NCBI GenBank assembly: GCA_964304625.1
Contig: OZ199839.1
Span: 8,402,560 to 8,466,559 of the forward strand
Length of the DNA stretch: 64,000 bases
From: Kudoa neothunni
Taxonomy: Eukaryota > Animalia > Cnidaria
Direction: 5' to 3'
In this document: piece after piece, positions 27,584-39,465 of the stretch
Position numbering within the stretch: position 1 is the stretch's first letter
Layout: every line of letters begins with the position of its first letter
Notes under the pieces: generated by a model
What the model saw: the letters and a program-made list of their open reading frames with translations, nothing else
Told to the model about the DNA's origin: nothing
The model's database searches: none
Position numbers and translations under genes: made by a program

Positions 27584-28351
27584 CTAGCGCAAAAACTCCG
27601 CTTTGCGTGTGTTTCCTTGCTCAACCACGCAGATTAGAGCCTTGAGTAGGCCAAGTTCATTTTAAATTCAAAGTCAAATATAATAATTTTACCGTTCTTT
27701 TGAGGACATTATTGATCGAAATAAACGGCAATAACCCCATCATCCTCACTTTCTTCTTTATTTGACTTTATTTTATTTAGGAAACATAAGTTTTTACAAC
27801 TCATATGGCGTATTAATCACTTTAACTAATTTAAAAGTTTGTTAACAATGTTGCATTTAATCACAACTTACTAACATCATTTTATGTTTATTTAAAAAAT
27901 ATTTAACACTTTTTATCTTTAATTTAACATGCAAAGTAAATAATTTATTCACGCGTACTAATCTCCCTTTTAAACGAGAAATGTTCGTTTACACCTAGTT
28001 CCCGCCTACACACGAACGAATGTTGTAGAACTTGTTAACTTAGTTTAATGTGGAAAAAGAGTAAACTTTCAATTTTTCAGTTTTATTTACATACAGAAAA
28101 GTAGAGTTATCCACTCGTATCTTTGAACGTTATAGCGAATCACGTGCGGCGCTAATCTGTTTACAAAAAGTTGACACTACAAATTCACCACTTTGTAAGA
28201 AAGTAGACAACCCCATTGTATTTTTGTAGTTAATAATAAATTTTTAAAGTGCACCACGAAAGTCAAATAGTCTAAAAGTCCTCTGTATAAGGAGAAGATT
28301 TGTGCGTAAACACACACACACATACGAACACTACCACTTTATACAGTAGGA
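27584..28351 (-). mobile_element. non-autonomous Helitron-like element (copy 1)
   Basis: Minus-strand 5' TCCTACTGTATAAAG..TGTGTGTGTTTACGCA and 3' ...GCAAAGCGGAGTTTTTGCGCTAG|T. Both ends resemble 61091-61718. Abuts a (TA)n tract. Confidence 0.65.
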
Positions 28352-29347
28352 AAGGATACATTAAATATTTGACAAAGGACAGTTTATATCTATGTCCGTT
28401 TGGGCGTATATGCAAATTCTCCTCTTTACAGGGACTTATTAATTTATTTGACTTGATAAACACACATTCAATTTCATTGAATAGTTTTACGTAAACATAA
28501 AGGTCTTGTGGTTTATTAAGGATAAATTGGTAGTGTATACTGTAATTAGATAGGTTGTAGCCTTATAATACTATGACCCTATCCTTATATTTGGTGAAGG
28601 CAACCTGATATATTAAGCTTTCAGCAATTAAATTCAACATAAAGGTTGTAATTTTACTTGGTCGCGAATTATTCAAATAAGTTAAGTTGATATTAAGGAA
28701 TTTTCAGCTGTTTTTATATAATAATACATAAAAAATTTTAAGGGGGATAAAAGGCAATTAATTTGAGGTATAAAATTACCATAAGTTTTTATTTTGCTAT
28801 TTTTATGAATTTAATTTTTATTTTGCTAAATATCAATTAAAAGTATGGTATTTTAATAATGTAGTCGATTAATTACTTCGTTGGGCTAATTCGAAAGAGT
28901 TACACATATCTTGTTAATATTTTCAAAAGATATTTCAGCGCAAAATATTCCTAATCATAGACAAAGTTGGCAAGTTTAACCTAGTTTAAATATACTTTAA
29001 TTTTTATCTATATAAAATAGTCGTCATAATTACATATAATAATTTTATGTATAACTTGGAAAAATATTGTTAAAAATTAATTATAATTTAATTAGTGTGA
29101 ACCAAATAAATATGAAAATATTTATTTGTAAACCAAACAAAAAATAACATGCATGGAATTGCGGTATGTTCATTCTAAAATAAATTAATGTTTATCAATA
29201 TAATAAACAATTAAAATAAACTAATATTAAAAATGAAATAAAATAATATCTACTTAGCTTATTTAATGGAGGCAATAAAAATAAAAAGAACTTTAATATC
29301 ATATAAAAATGACCAATTATAATATTATCACGTATATTATTAAACAT

Positions 29348-30918
29348 TTAACTAGATCCGATAACATACTTTTTGCTATGGGATCGCCTATAGATATGCA
29401 TAGCAGCAACGATCAAACCAGCGAAGATCACTACTATAAAGGGTAATAATATCAGCCAAAAATTCGTCGAGCTTTCCTTTGAGGATTGCGCCACTGCCAA
29501 GGGTGATTTTGGTGTTGAGGATTGTCGTGCAGTCGTAGATAATTCTATTTTCACAGGAATTTGTTTTACGGAGAATGGCGTCGTTGCTAGTGCTTCTTCA
29601 TCAGTTTCCTTCGTTTTAATTGAGATAAATGTTTCGGCCACAACTCGGCCATTCTTGTCAATTTTGCAATGTTTATCAACTTCTAAAATATAGGAAGCGA
29701 TTGCAAAAAGATTTTCAACTTTTATTTTGGAAATTTTGGAGTTATTTTGAAAAATTTTCCCATAACCTATCATGACCGCATTGGTCGTAGCGATATTTGG
29801 AGGATATCCGTTGTATCCAACAACGATATTTCTTAAATTTGACTCCTAATAATTATTAACAATGCGATAAAACATATTATTGTTTACATTTCTTACAACT
29901 GCCCAACCTTCTTTCATAATTATTGTGATGTCAGGTATTTGTTTAGACTCTGGAGATATAATGTCTTTAGGCATTGTTTGGGGCGTCATCACCACATCAA
30001 CACCTTTTTGTTGAGAAATCAATTTCACAACCATATCAGAATCCGACTCTTTCTGTAGATTTATGTGACCTTGCGAACCTTCGGTATTCATTGTATAAAT
30101 GACTGTATTCGGTAATATTTTCTTGAGAATAAGAGTTCTGGATAAGTCCAAGTCGATGATTCCGTAGCCACTTGATATCATTAAATTCCACTAATTTACG
30201 TCCCAGAAAATATAGAAAAATAAAAAAATACATCAGATAGAGAGTTTTTATGGGCGATCTTATTGAAAAAGTCATCCAACACTTTGTCGATTGTTCCAAG
30301 GTCTTCGAAAATATAGGAAGATGTATAGTTCCCGGCGTATAAATGACTTTGAATTTCGTCACAATACACCATTATGAGTTCATAGTCACCACTGACCATC
30401 CTTTTATAGGCTCCCTCAATTCTACATTTACACCCACATGCAGAATTATGAACAGGAGTGTGATATTTTGGAGTAATGCGATTGTTTTTGCCATAGGGTA
30501 CTGAACATCCGGGCCAGTAAAAACATGCCGTCCTACGCTTGTTATACATTTCATTTAAAGTCCATATAGGATAGGTATCACCACTGCGATTCAAAAATGC
30601 TGGATTGTTAAATTGATATTTATCTATACCAAGTCTTTTATCAAATACATAATCTCCAACCATTTTATAATTTTCAGAATTAAAACCAGTTGCCGCTGAA
30701 AAATGATTCGGTATCGGTTTTGTAACGTAACTGGGTTCGAGCTCAAACGATACTGGAGCCTGTTGTGATAGCTTATGTAGGAACGGTGTATTTTTTTCAT
30801 TTATCATCCATCTTCCAACACCATCCAACGAAATCCAAACGAGAGATGACTGGTTAGTTGTAACTAATAGTAATATGCATGTGACTAAAAAATATGGCAA
30901 TGAAATGATAGCATCCAT
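29348..30918 (-). CDS. ENPP/type I phosphodiesterase-fold type I membrane protein, predicted catalytically inactive, 3 exons
   Basis: Signal peptide, ISLDG, TKPIPNHFSAATG, PIWTLNE, FYWPGC, NLMISSGYG, PDITIIMKEGW, GYNGY, an S/T-rich stalk and TM FWLILLPFIVVIFAGLIVAAM. Two short GT-AG introns. Confidence 0.88.
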
Positions 30919-30977
30919 ATCTGCATTATGATGAAAACGTACTTATCTAATAATTCGAAGATCAGTAGTTAAGTTTT

Positions 30978-31200
30978 TGTTAATCGTATTTTAATACTCT
31001 AAAATTTGAACGTATCTACTAAATTATTTTGTTCGCCTTCTACTCAATCTACTTTCAGTATTTTAGTTTTCGTCAGCTAATAAAACAAACACTTCACGTT
31101 AAACTGTTAAACTACACTGGACAACGAATAATGAACAAAGAACAATGAAAGACGTGGGTGTGTTTATGTTTAATATAGGTTATGATTTAGATACATAACA
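30978..31200 (-). mobile_element. 3' LTR (223 bp) of a minus-strand Gypsy element
   Basis: Minus strand starts TGTTA directly after polypurine tract AGAGGGGAAGA (31201-31211) and ends TAACA. A related fragment lies at 33648-33716. The 30978 boundary is inferred from the inverted 5-mer. Confidence 0.65.
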
Positions 31201-31470
31201 TCTTCCCCTCTGCTGAGAAATGTGTTCTTGGTATTTCTTTGGAATGTTTAAAACTATATTAGGTCGAATATTCATGTTCTCAGGTGAAGCGGAAGCCGAT
31301 GAATTCGGAGTAACAAACGTAACGTATCCTCTGCAATTTCAGAATCTTCTTTACAATTATTTAAAAATACGAGGACATCGTCAATGTGAACAAATTTTTG
31401 CTTTCCATCTATTTCAACGTAATATGTTGCTTTTCCAAGTTTCTCAGTGACAATACCACATTCTCAAGTT
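31201..31470 (-). mobile_element. Gypsy integrase C-terminal (GPY/F-like) remnant plus PPT
   Basis: Minus-strand *ECGIVTEKLGKATYYVEIDGKQKFVHIDDVL upstream of the PPT. Confidence 0.65.
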
Positions 31471-31477
31471 TGATTAA

Positions 31478-31850
31478 CCCCCTAACGACATTGGGGTGTT
31501 CTGCACCCCAAATCGACTTTACTCTCCCCATAGTTTTTTACACTTGGCATCAAATAATTAAAGTTATAGCTATTCTCATAATATTTTAAGTTACATAAGT
31601 TGGGGAAAGCTCAAAAAAAAATTTGAAACAAAACTTAAAAGAAAAAACTCACCTCTAACGACATTTGGGTGTATTCCACCCCAGATTTTTGTTAGATAAA
31701 TTTTGTTAAAATATTATTATAAAACGTTTGATAAAACTTTAATATATTCTAATGAGATATTTTGGAAGAAAATCGCAAAAATATCATAGATTAATCCTTA
31801 ATAATCGTATTCGGACGCCTTTTTTTTGCATCGGATATTTTCGTTATTTA
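31478..31850. mobile_element. piggyBac-type terminus
   Basis: TTAA-CCCCCTAACGACATTGGGGTGTTCTGCACCCCAA, repeated degenerately at about 31651-31683. Confidence 0.5.
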
Positions 31851-31852
31851 CA

Positions 31853-33645
31853 TGTTGCATGATTCCTCTTGTTCTCGCATAAATTGATATATGTTTAATA
31901 AATTTTATTTGACGTAATAACCTCTATATTATTGTTGACGTTAGTTGCGACACGTTGTTGTTATTTTGTACTCATTGTCTTCTTGTGTGCTCGTTACATA
32001 TTGGTGTCAGAGGAAAATAACTGCTTTTTTCAATAAATATGAATGATAACATCGAAAAACAATTAATACACATCGACTTGCTGAGCGTTGCTAAGGAGTG
32101 GACGACAGATCAATCCTACGCTCAGCTGGCATTGACCCTCCCTTCCAACGTTCGCCACAAAATCCTTTTGAAAGCGTCGGAAAAAATTACTTGAGTACGC
32201 TGATAAAGTAACCGACAAAGCGGGAACATGGAGCGAGTTCACTAACGCGACTATCAAACCAGGGGAGACCGCGGAATCGTTCCTCGAACGAGTCTCCCGA
32301 CTCTTGGAATCTGTCAGACCCGACTGGGGAGTAGCGGACCGAAACTTCCTGATTCGTCCCAAAATAATTGCTTCCGATCCTTCAATCACAGCATGAAGTG
32401 GACCTCCAAACGCTCATTTTGGACTGTGACCGTTACAGAGCAACGAATGAAGCGTCCGTCAACCCAGTCGTGATAACCCCTAACGAAGAGCAACAGGAAA
32501 TATGTGCTACGAATGGCGGTTTAATGGAACGGATGAAAGTCTTGGAGGAAGCCATCAACTCATTAACTTTCTCCAAGAAACTATGCAAAGAATGTGGTTG
32601 TAAAGGACACACCGAAACGGAATGTAGAGGGAGTGTGTTATGCCACAATTGCAAACAAAGAGGCCGCATTAGATCTAAATGTCCACAATTTGGGGGAAAC
32701 GTCCGGGGGCCAAGTCTTCTCTTGGACTAGGCCCCCGGAGGCTATAAACAAGAGACCTGAAATTTTGTCATGTGCAACTACACGCGTTGGCTCCATGACA
32801 GAACACTATATCATGTTCGTCACAATACCTCCATCGACAACGAGAGTGAAGGCACTCATCGACACTGGGTCATCGCACACTCTGGTAAATGCAGCCTTAC
32901 TAACCCAAATGAACGGACTCTTATATTCGAATACAATTCTTTTATCGGCGGGAGGAGACTGTTGGGTCTCCGATATCTCCAGTTTAGCGCGGGAAACATT
33001 CGGGCGGTCGCGGGGGTCAACACTTACGAACTATTTCCCTCTTAATCCAAACCATATTTGACCCCGGGTTCTCCACCACGACAGCTCTAGTCTTAGACCT
33101 ACGAGTTGCTTACGGAGCTTTTGGGTCTAATCCCAACGTAGGAGACCGGGCGAGGAGAATCCCGCTTTGTTCAAAGGCGGAGGCGCGCCCGACCATTTTG
33201 GAGACCCGGAAAAATCGAAATCACCAGCCCCTCACCCTATATAAACCACCTCGCAATTAGAGTTGCATTCTTGTCTTGTTTATTTCCTATTCGAGTCTCT
33301 CTCTTCTGCATTTTTGGCGCAATATTTCAGAGACCTCCTACAAGCTAAAGGCAGAACACAAATCAACTTATCAATTGGCGACAAAATAGTGTTAGTGATT
33401 GCGCCTGTGATGGATAACTTAATCCATCAAGTCATAATCGGGAGAGACGCTCTCGATAAATTTTTCAACATCGCTATGATCCCAAAATCAACTAACGAAA
33501 ATGGAGTATGTGGAACCGTGTTAAGTCACAATCAATCCAAAGTGGTCACTCTCACCAAGGAATTCGCCGACATATTCAGCTACAGCGACGAACTGAAAAT
33601 GGCAAAGTCTACAGTCCACTATGTACCACCTACACTTCAAAACCG
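31853..33645 (+). mobile_element. truncated Gypsy LTR retrotransposon (LTR, PBS, gag, protease)
   Basis: LTR end ...GTTACA followed by PBS-like TGGTGTCAGAGG (tRNA-Leu type) at 32002. Gag has Zn knuckles CKECGCKGHTETEC and CHNCKQRGRIRSKC. Retropepsin ALIDTGS...IIGRD. The LTR start is approximate. Confidence 0.85.
32960..33329 (+). mobile_element. 370-bp solo LTR inserted in the Gypsy protease
   Basis: TGTT...TTCA ends, 5-bp TSD GAGAC (32955-32959, 33330-33334), TATA-like CTATATAAA near 33237. Removal restores SAGGDLLQAKGRTQ. Confidence 0.85.
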
Positions 33646-33939
33646 AGCAACGAATAATGAACGATGCAGGACGTGGGTGTCATTCGTGCGATTATGTTTA
33701 ATATGAGTTAGGTATACAGTAGGAACTCTATTTCACTTAATCTTCTGGGTACCAAGGGGAAATAGCGGGAATTTGCGCGCATGCGCGAGTTATAAATTCA
33801 GAAAATTGACATTTAATAATGATTATGTTGCGTTTAAAAAGGCCAGTTAACTATATAATAATTTTTAAAGGATAATTAAAACTGTAGAAACGTGTTAACA
33901 TCACAAAAATATTTTTCAACGAACCATGAAATACTCCCA

Positions 33940-34484
33940 TTGTTGCTATTGGTAGAATAAGGCGGTTTCGTCTACATTGTAAATAAAATATTCAGAATAT
34001 CTTTTAAAAATTGTTTTGATTTGATTGATCCATTCTGAAGTAGTTTCAGGCGTAGAATCACCTGATTAATTAATAAAAGTTGATTTTGAAATGTTGTACC
34101 TTTTTTGAAAGCAACGAAACCCTCAACGAATTGCACACGAAGATAAAAACTTTCCTTTGGCTAATCGATTTCTCTTGATGATTATTGTGACGATACTTAC
34201 TACAATCTTTCTGCTTCGTGTCCACCCAATCCACTCATATACATCTTCATCAACAGAATTAAATTGTCCAGCATGCAAATAATTTCTATTTTTGGATTCT
34301 TAAAATATTTACAGATTTTAATTATTTTAATTTTCATCTTTATGATGCCATTAGAAGTCGAGATAATAGATATTATAAAACGTGATACAGTGGCATTTTT
34401 TTGGTCATTAGATTTAAGACTTTCATAATAATTATTAATATTGTACTTTTCTGCAATAGATATAGTTATAGGAGTTTTTGGCAT
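33940..34484 (-). mobile_element. decayed pogo/CENP-B-like transposase
   Basis: Minus-strand EGFVAFKKRYNI and IYNVDETALFYQ. Candidate TIR TA-CAGTAGGAACTC at 33717. Confidence 0.6.
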
Positions 34485-35189
34485 TAAATGTTGACTTAAC
34501 TAAATAATAAACACGAAGCACCCCAAAAAAGTGCGTGAAATTGGTCAATCACATGACTTTTAGTTAAATTTATTAGCAACTTTTTAAAATAATTTTTATA
34601 ACAATTTTGATTGAAATATTATAAAAAACATATTATATATACTATGACCAATAAATATTCTTATTAAATAGGTTTTTAAAAAGTGTGTGAAATTGGTTAC
34701 TTACTGTAAAATCCTTTGTCTGTGTATGCCCACAAGTGCACATGTGCGATGAAAAATTTTCCTTATAGAGAGCCATATATAAAATTTTAAAAAGTTTTTT
34801 GATGTTTAAAAAAATCTTGTAATTGTTTTCACATGACCAAAGTTTCCCCCAAGTATTTATAAAGGGCACGACGAGAACTCGTACATCTAATGCGCATGCG
34901 CGTGTTTATTTGGGATTAAATCTATCGTTAAGTTAAAAATATGGGTAATGAGTTACCTTCGAATTTAAATCATAAGATTTTTAAAACTCAAAGAGACAGT
35001 ATTAAAAGGATCTGATGCAGCATAGAGATCCCAAATCCACCATGTGTATTAATCTGATTATCGCATAAAACATGGATTACATTGTACAACACTTGTTGCG
35101 GGTGATTGAGCGAGATGTATCCTTTTGTTTGATCGTAAATGATAAAATATGAAAATATTCCACAATACTCTATATGTAATAAACGTTTT

Positions 35190-36090
35190 TGAATGATCCC
35201 AAGAACCTATTCCACAGATTTGCATGGTTTTTGCGCCTCCATTAGAATTCAAACAAAAACTCATCTATGACACTTTGGACAATTTCTCCGTTATCATTGA
35301 TGGATGATGTTCGATTTCTTGGAGAAATTCAATATTTTATAGCGTTCCATGTACCTTCGATGGTGTTTGTATGTGCGCCAGTCACGGAGTCGACAAATTC
35401 TACACTATGGTTGATTTGGAGATGATGATAATGTTGGTGGAGATTTTGGCAGCTCGGGAAGCAATCTTTTATAATGATTGAGCCTTCTCTGACATACGTC
35501 TTAATAAGAGAGATTAAAGTCTCTGCGTTTCTGTCAGGAACTTCAATAAGGAAAATCCTTCTCTCTTCGGTTCTTTCAACTCCACCAACGGTCCAGGCAC
35601 CATTAACAGGATGTTCACGGTGATATTTATTTTTTCCGAATTTGGATTCGTCAATTTCCATGACTATACCTGGGCCTCCTATTATGATATTTTCGAAATC
35701 TAAACTATCAGCCATTAACTGTCTTAAGTACATCGAGTAGCTTGAAATAGTATTTGTCGAGTGTCCAGTTATAAAACCGCGTTGTGTTGATTTAACTCCA
35801 GCCAACCAATGGTACGGAAATTCAAGCACCTCATTTATTGGCAATTTGCACAAAGAAAAGAAAGTACCATTGAAAAATGACACTTTTTTCCCACAATCTT
35901 TTTTTGTACAACGCCATTGTTTGCGATTTACAGAGAAACAAATGTTTCCGCAATAAACGTAATGGCTTGGCTTGTTTATTATCCCTTCTTCAAATAGGAA
36001 TTTTATTGCAGCATCTTCAGAATAGAAAATATTTTGCAATTTCTTCAAAGGAGGAATCTTTTTTAATAGAATGGACAGAGCGCCGCACAT
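35190..36090 (-). mobile_element. Merlin / ISXO2 (IS1595-like) DDE transposase
   Basis: 278-aa ORF with WRC..KDC, MEIDESKFGKNKYHR, WTVGGVER, PDRNAETL, INHSVEFVDSVTGAHTNTIEGTW. Confidence 0.9.
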
Positions 36091-36460
36091 ATGCGAGATC
36101 AGCCTATTAAAATACTCTATGAAAGTTATTTTATTGTTAAGGATTACGCTACAACGACTTGTCAATATTGGCGATGTGAAAAGAGGGCTTGTAAGGACAA
36201 GCTTACAACTACTCTATTAGATAATATTTCGAATATTGAAAACCGTGGTAGTCATAACCATATTGTAAGCGACTATGACATTGAGAGGGCCGAATTTGCT
36301 GGCAAAATAAATTCATTATCGCAATCTACACAGTATTCCACAAGTAAAGTTTTCTCAGTTGCAACTACCACACCGAATATTCATGATTTACCCCTTGTTC
36401 CCAAGAGAACGGTTTATAAAAATATTCAACACCAAAGAAAGAGGAAAAATATTTTAATTA
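36091..36460 (+). mobile_element. MULE transposase N-terminal FLYWCH zinc-finger fragment
   Basis: YWRCEKRACK...GSHNH pattern. Confidence 0.7.
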
Positions 36461-36848
36461 ATACCCCTCGAAGGACGGTGGACGGTGGTCGGAAAAATTC
36501 CACCGGAACGGTGGGGGTCATTTTTAACCCCAACAATTTTAGCCTCTTTTTTGCGACTATACTTTCGAAATTTTATAATTACAATTAATACGAATAAAAG
36601 TAGCATTTTAATTGTTTTATGCTGAAAGAGATTTATCTAGCATAAAAATGTAATAAACCCTTGGAATAAGTGTTACATGCATACGAATGAATGCGACATA
36701 TATCAAAAAAATCATTGTCAAGTACATTCAAATATACTAGAGCAATGATTCCCGACCGGTGTTCGGTGAGATAGTGTCGAGGGTTCAACAGACGAGGAAA
36801 ATTTTGATTTTCCGTTCTGCACACCCTGTTGGAACAATTTGAGTAGTA

Positions 36849-36967
36849 TCGTGTTTCCACGAAAATAAGGTCCGGTCTTATATTAATTTCACGTTAGAAA
36901 TTGCTATTAGGTCTTATTTTCGATTAATTCAGGTATCACAGGAAGCTACCTATTTCGATGAGATACA
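36849..36967. mobile_element. Tc2/pogo-type MITE
   Basis: TA-TCGTGTTTCCACGAAAATAAGGTCCGGTCTTATATT...GGTCTTATTTTCG resembles CCGTGTTTCCCCGAAAATAAGAC-type TIRs. The right end is degenerate. Confidence 0.45.
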
Positions 36968-37433
36968 AAGATTTCCCTTTAAATAAAAATATATTTAGAT
37001 AAATACACTTTTTTTACTATATTTCACAACGTCCATAATCAAAAAGTGACCTTATATGATTATTTATTTCCCCTTCTCCATAAAGAAAATATTATGTGCA
37101 CTATGTTTGCTGCTGTGCCTAAAGCGTTAATGGAAGAGATCTGACTAACCAGAATTCCACAACCTAATAAGTTACGTCAGGGGTTTCACCTTGTAAACAA
37201 AAAAATCCCAATCTCTCCACATATTTCGGGTACGATTCTTATACCAATATCCACAATTAAATTTGACACCAAATTATCCTCCTCATCCATTAAATCCTCA
37301 ACATTGATTGGAGAGAAAGTGATAAAACTTCGAAAGCATGTCATGTTTATTGCAGAATTCATTAACAGCGTCCAATAAATTTCTGTAACGAATTACGTAT
37401 ATCACGAATTTCAACAATCTGTTAAAAGGTTAA

Positions 37434-37811
37434 TTGAAGATTTCTACGCGGAGGAGTATTTGTTCCCTTTTCGGCACATGTTTATTTTGTTAATAGTTTT
37501 CTTAGTTCAAAACGCATATCAAAGAAACCGAAATTTTGAGTTGCACACATATATAATATTAAATCACAAATTTATGAACGGAGATAAATTCATGTCGCCA
37601 TAATATTTCACTATTGGTACTAAATGAGTGGTTGAGCATAAACGGAACGTTATTTTTTAAACCATAAAATAGAATTTCTTGTTAATTTGTAAATTAACAC
37701 TGATTGACTGTACTAAGATATATTTTTATTTGTAAATAAATCGGTGGTTACACAAAAGAGAAAATCATATTTTATTCGTGTGCCAAAAAGGGAATAGTAA
37801 TCCTTAATGGG
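37434..37811. mobile_element. MITE derived from the 18718-21049 piggyBac family
   Basis: Shares GTTCCCTTTTCGGCACA (about 37463), inverted TGTGCCAAAAAGGGAA (about 37780) and the end CCTTAATGGG-TTAA. Confidence 0.65.
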
Positions 37812-38061
37812 TTAATACTTTAACTGGCTGGTCAGTTAAAGATAAAGATTATTTTTTATCTTTTTCAGTTTCTCTAATTAAATAATCTCATTATGAGGCG
37901 GAGCCGGGTGCTTTTATACGACAAATTTTTTTTAATTGAAGCGGTCATCAAAAGGATGATGTTATAAACAAATTATAAGTTTATATTTTTTTCAATTTTC
38001 AAATCATTTCTGTTTAATTGAAATTAGCCCACTCCCGGGCGAAGCCGGAGTGTTCGCGTCA

Positions 38062-38433
38062 TCTATATACAGGAAGTTGTTATGTTTGTAAGTGTGTAAA
38101 TTTAATATTTTTATCGATATGTATGCATCATCATATTGAGAACATTCAACTAATGTTTTAAAATAGGGATTAGTTTATGCATTGTTCAAATAATGGTGAT
38201 TTTAGGTGTGCAAGCTGTAAAATCTCTACAGGTAGAAACAGTGTTATGAATTAGGATTAAGTTCACTTATTATTCCAAATTAGTTAAATAACTCAAGCTT
38301 TATTTGTGTAAATTTTATCCAATAAATCGAAATACTTTTAATTTACTTTGAATTTAAAATGGGCTTAGTCTACTCAAGGTTTTAGCCTACATGGTCGAGC
38401 AAGGAAGCCTACACGAAGCGGGGCTATTGTGCT
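38062..38433 (+). mobile_element. non-autonomous Helitron-like element (copy 2, degenerate)
   Basis: A|TCTATATAC start. The 3' ~75 bp (CTACTCAAGG..GCAAGGAAGCCTACACGAAGCGGGCT) is similar to 61640-61718. Confidence 0.55.
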
Positions 38434-39465
38434 GTATAAAATATTTATAAAATAATGCAGGGGTATATTTTGAATATTTAATAATTATCCTAATACTAAA
38501 TTATATCTAGTTATAATGAATGTGTGATGATAATATCACATTCAGATTTTATTGAAGTCACTCACCAACCTCTTGGATTCTTCCTCGGGTTCCAGCCCAA
38601 GTTGAGAACTGCTGAACTAATATAAGAATAATTGGAGCTATCGTTGTATTCTGGAGAGAACGACATGCTTATATCGATGTCGTGCATACTTATGAGAACC
38701 GTGTGTATGGCGTTTCGTTATTTATTCATTATTTAGTCGATAGAATATCCGAAAATTTAAAAAAATCACGTGTATCAACATTTTAGATAATTTTATTCGG
38801 AGGGTGTGTATACATTAACCTTTTTGATACATGACAAAAAAAATTGCAATCATTTTTCTGAACGCTTTAATAAAGATAGATGATTACAGAAACTGTAAAG
38901 GAGTTATGTTCCATTAATAAGCTATAATATTGTTGATTAAATTCACTTGGATGGATTACTTTCCCATTTTACTAAGTAGATCAATAGTTGCTGATCCACT
39001 ACCCGGCTCTTAGGGCCTATAAATAACTAAGTATAATAAATATTAGTGTCACCCGAATATTATACTACTGTGCTAATAGCTACATCCTTTTTATAATTGC
39101 TGATTAAAATTCTCTTTCTTACCGCTTAAATGTTTAATAACTAACGATGTATATTATTTTAATCCAAGAAAAAGTAATAAAAATTTATTTAATTCAATAA
39201 AACTTTTAATAAAGATAAAAAATAATTTTCACATAAAAATGCTCAGAAAATTTATATATATATTAGTTATTTAATGAGTCACTCGTTAACCTAATCATAA
39301 CATTACAATATTAATAATTCGAATAAAAATTCACAATAATAATTAAAATTATAAAAAAATTAATTGAAAATTTGTTATCATATTATAAGAGAATATTTAG
39401 AGAGAAAAGATTATGCGCAAGTGTGGAGTAGATGTCGATACGCACGCGCACACAGAGGTGAATAA

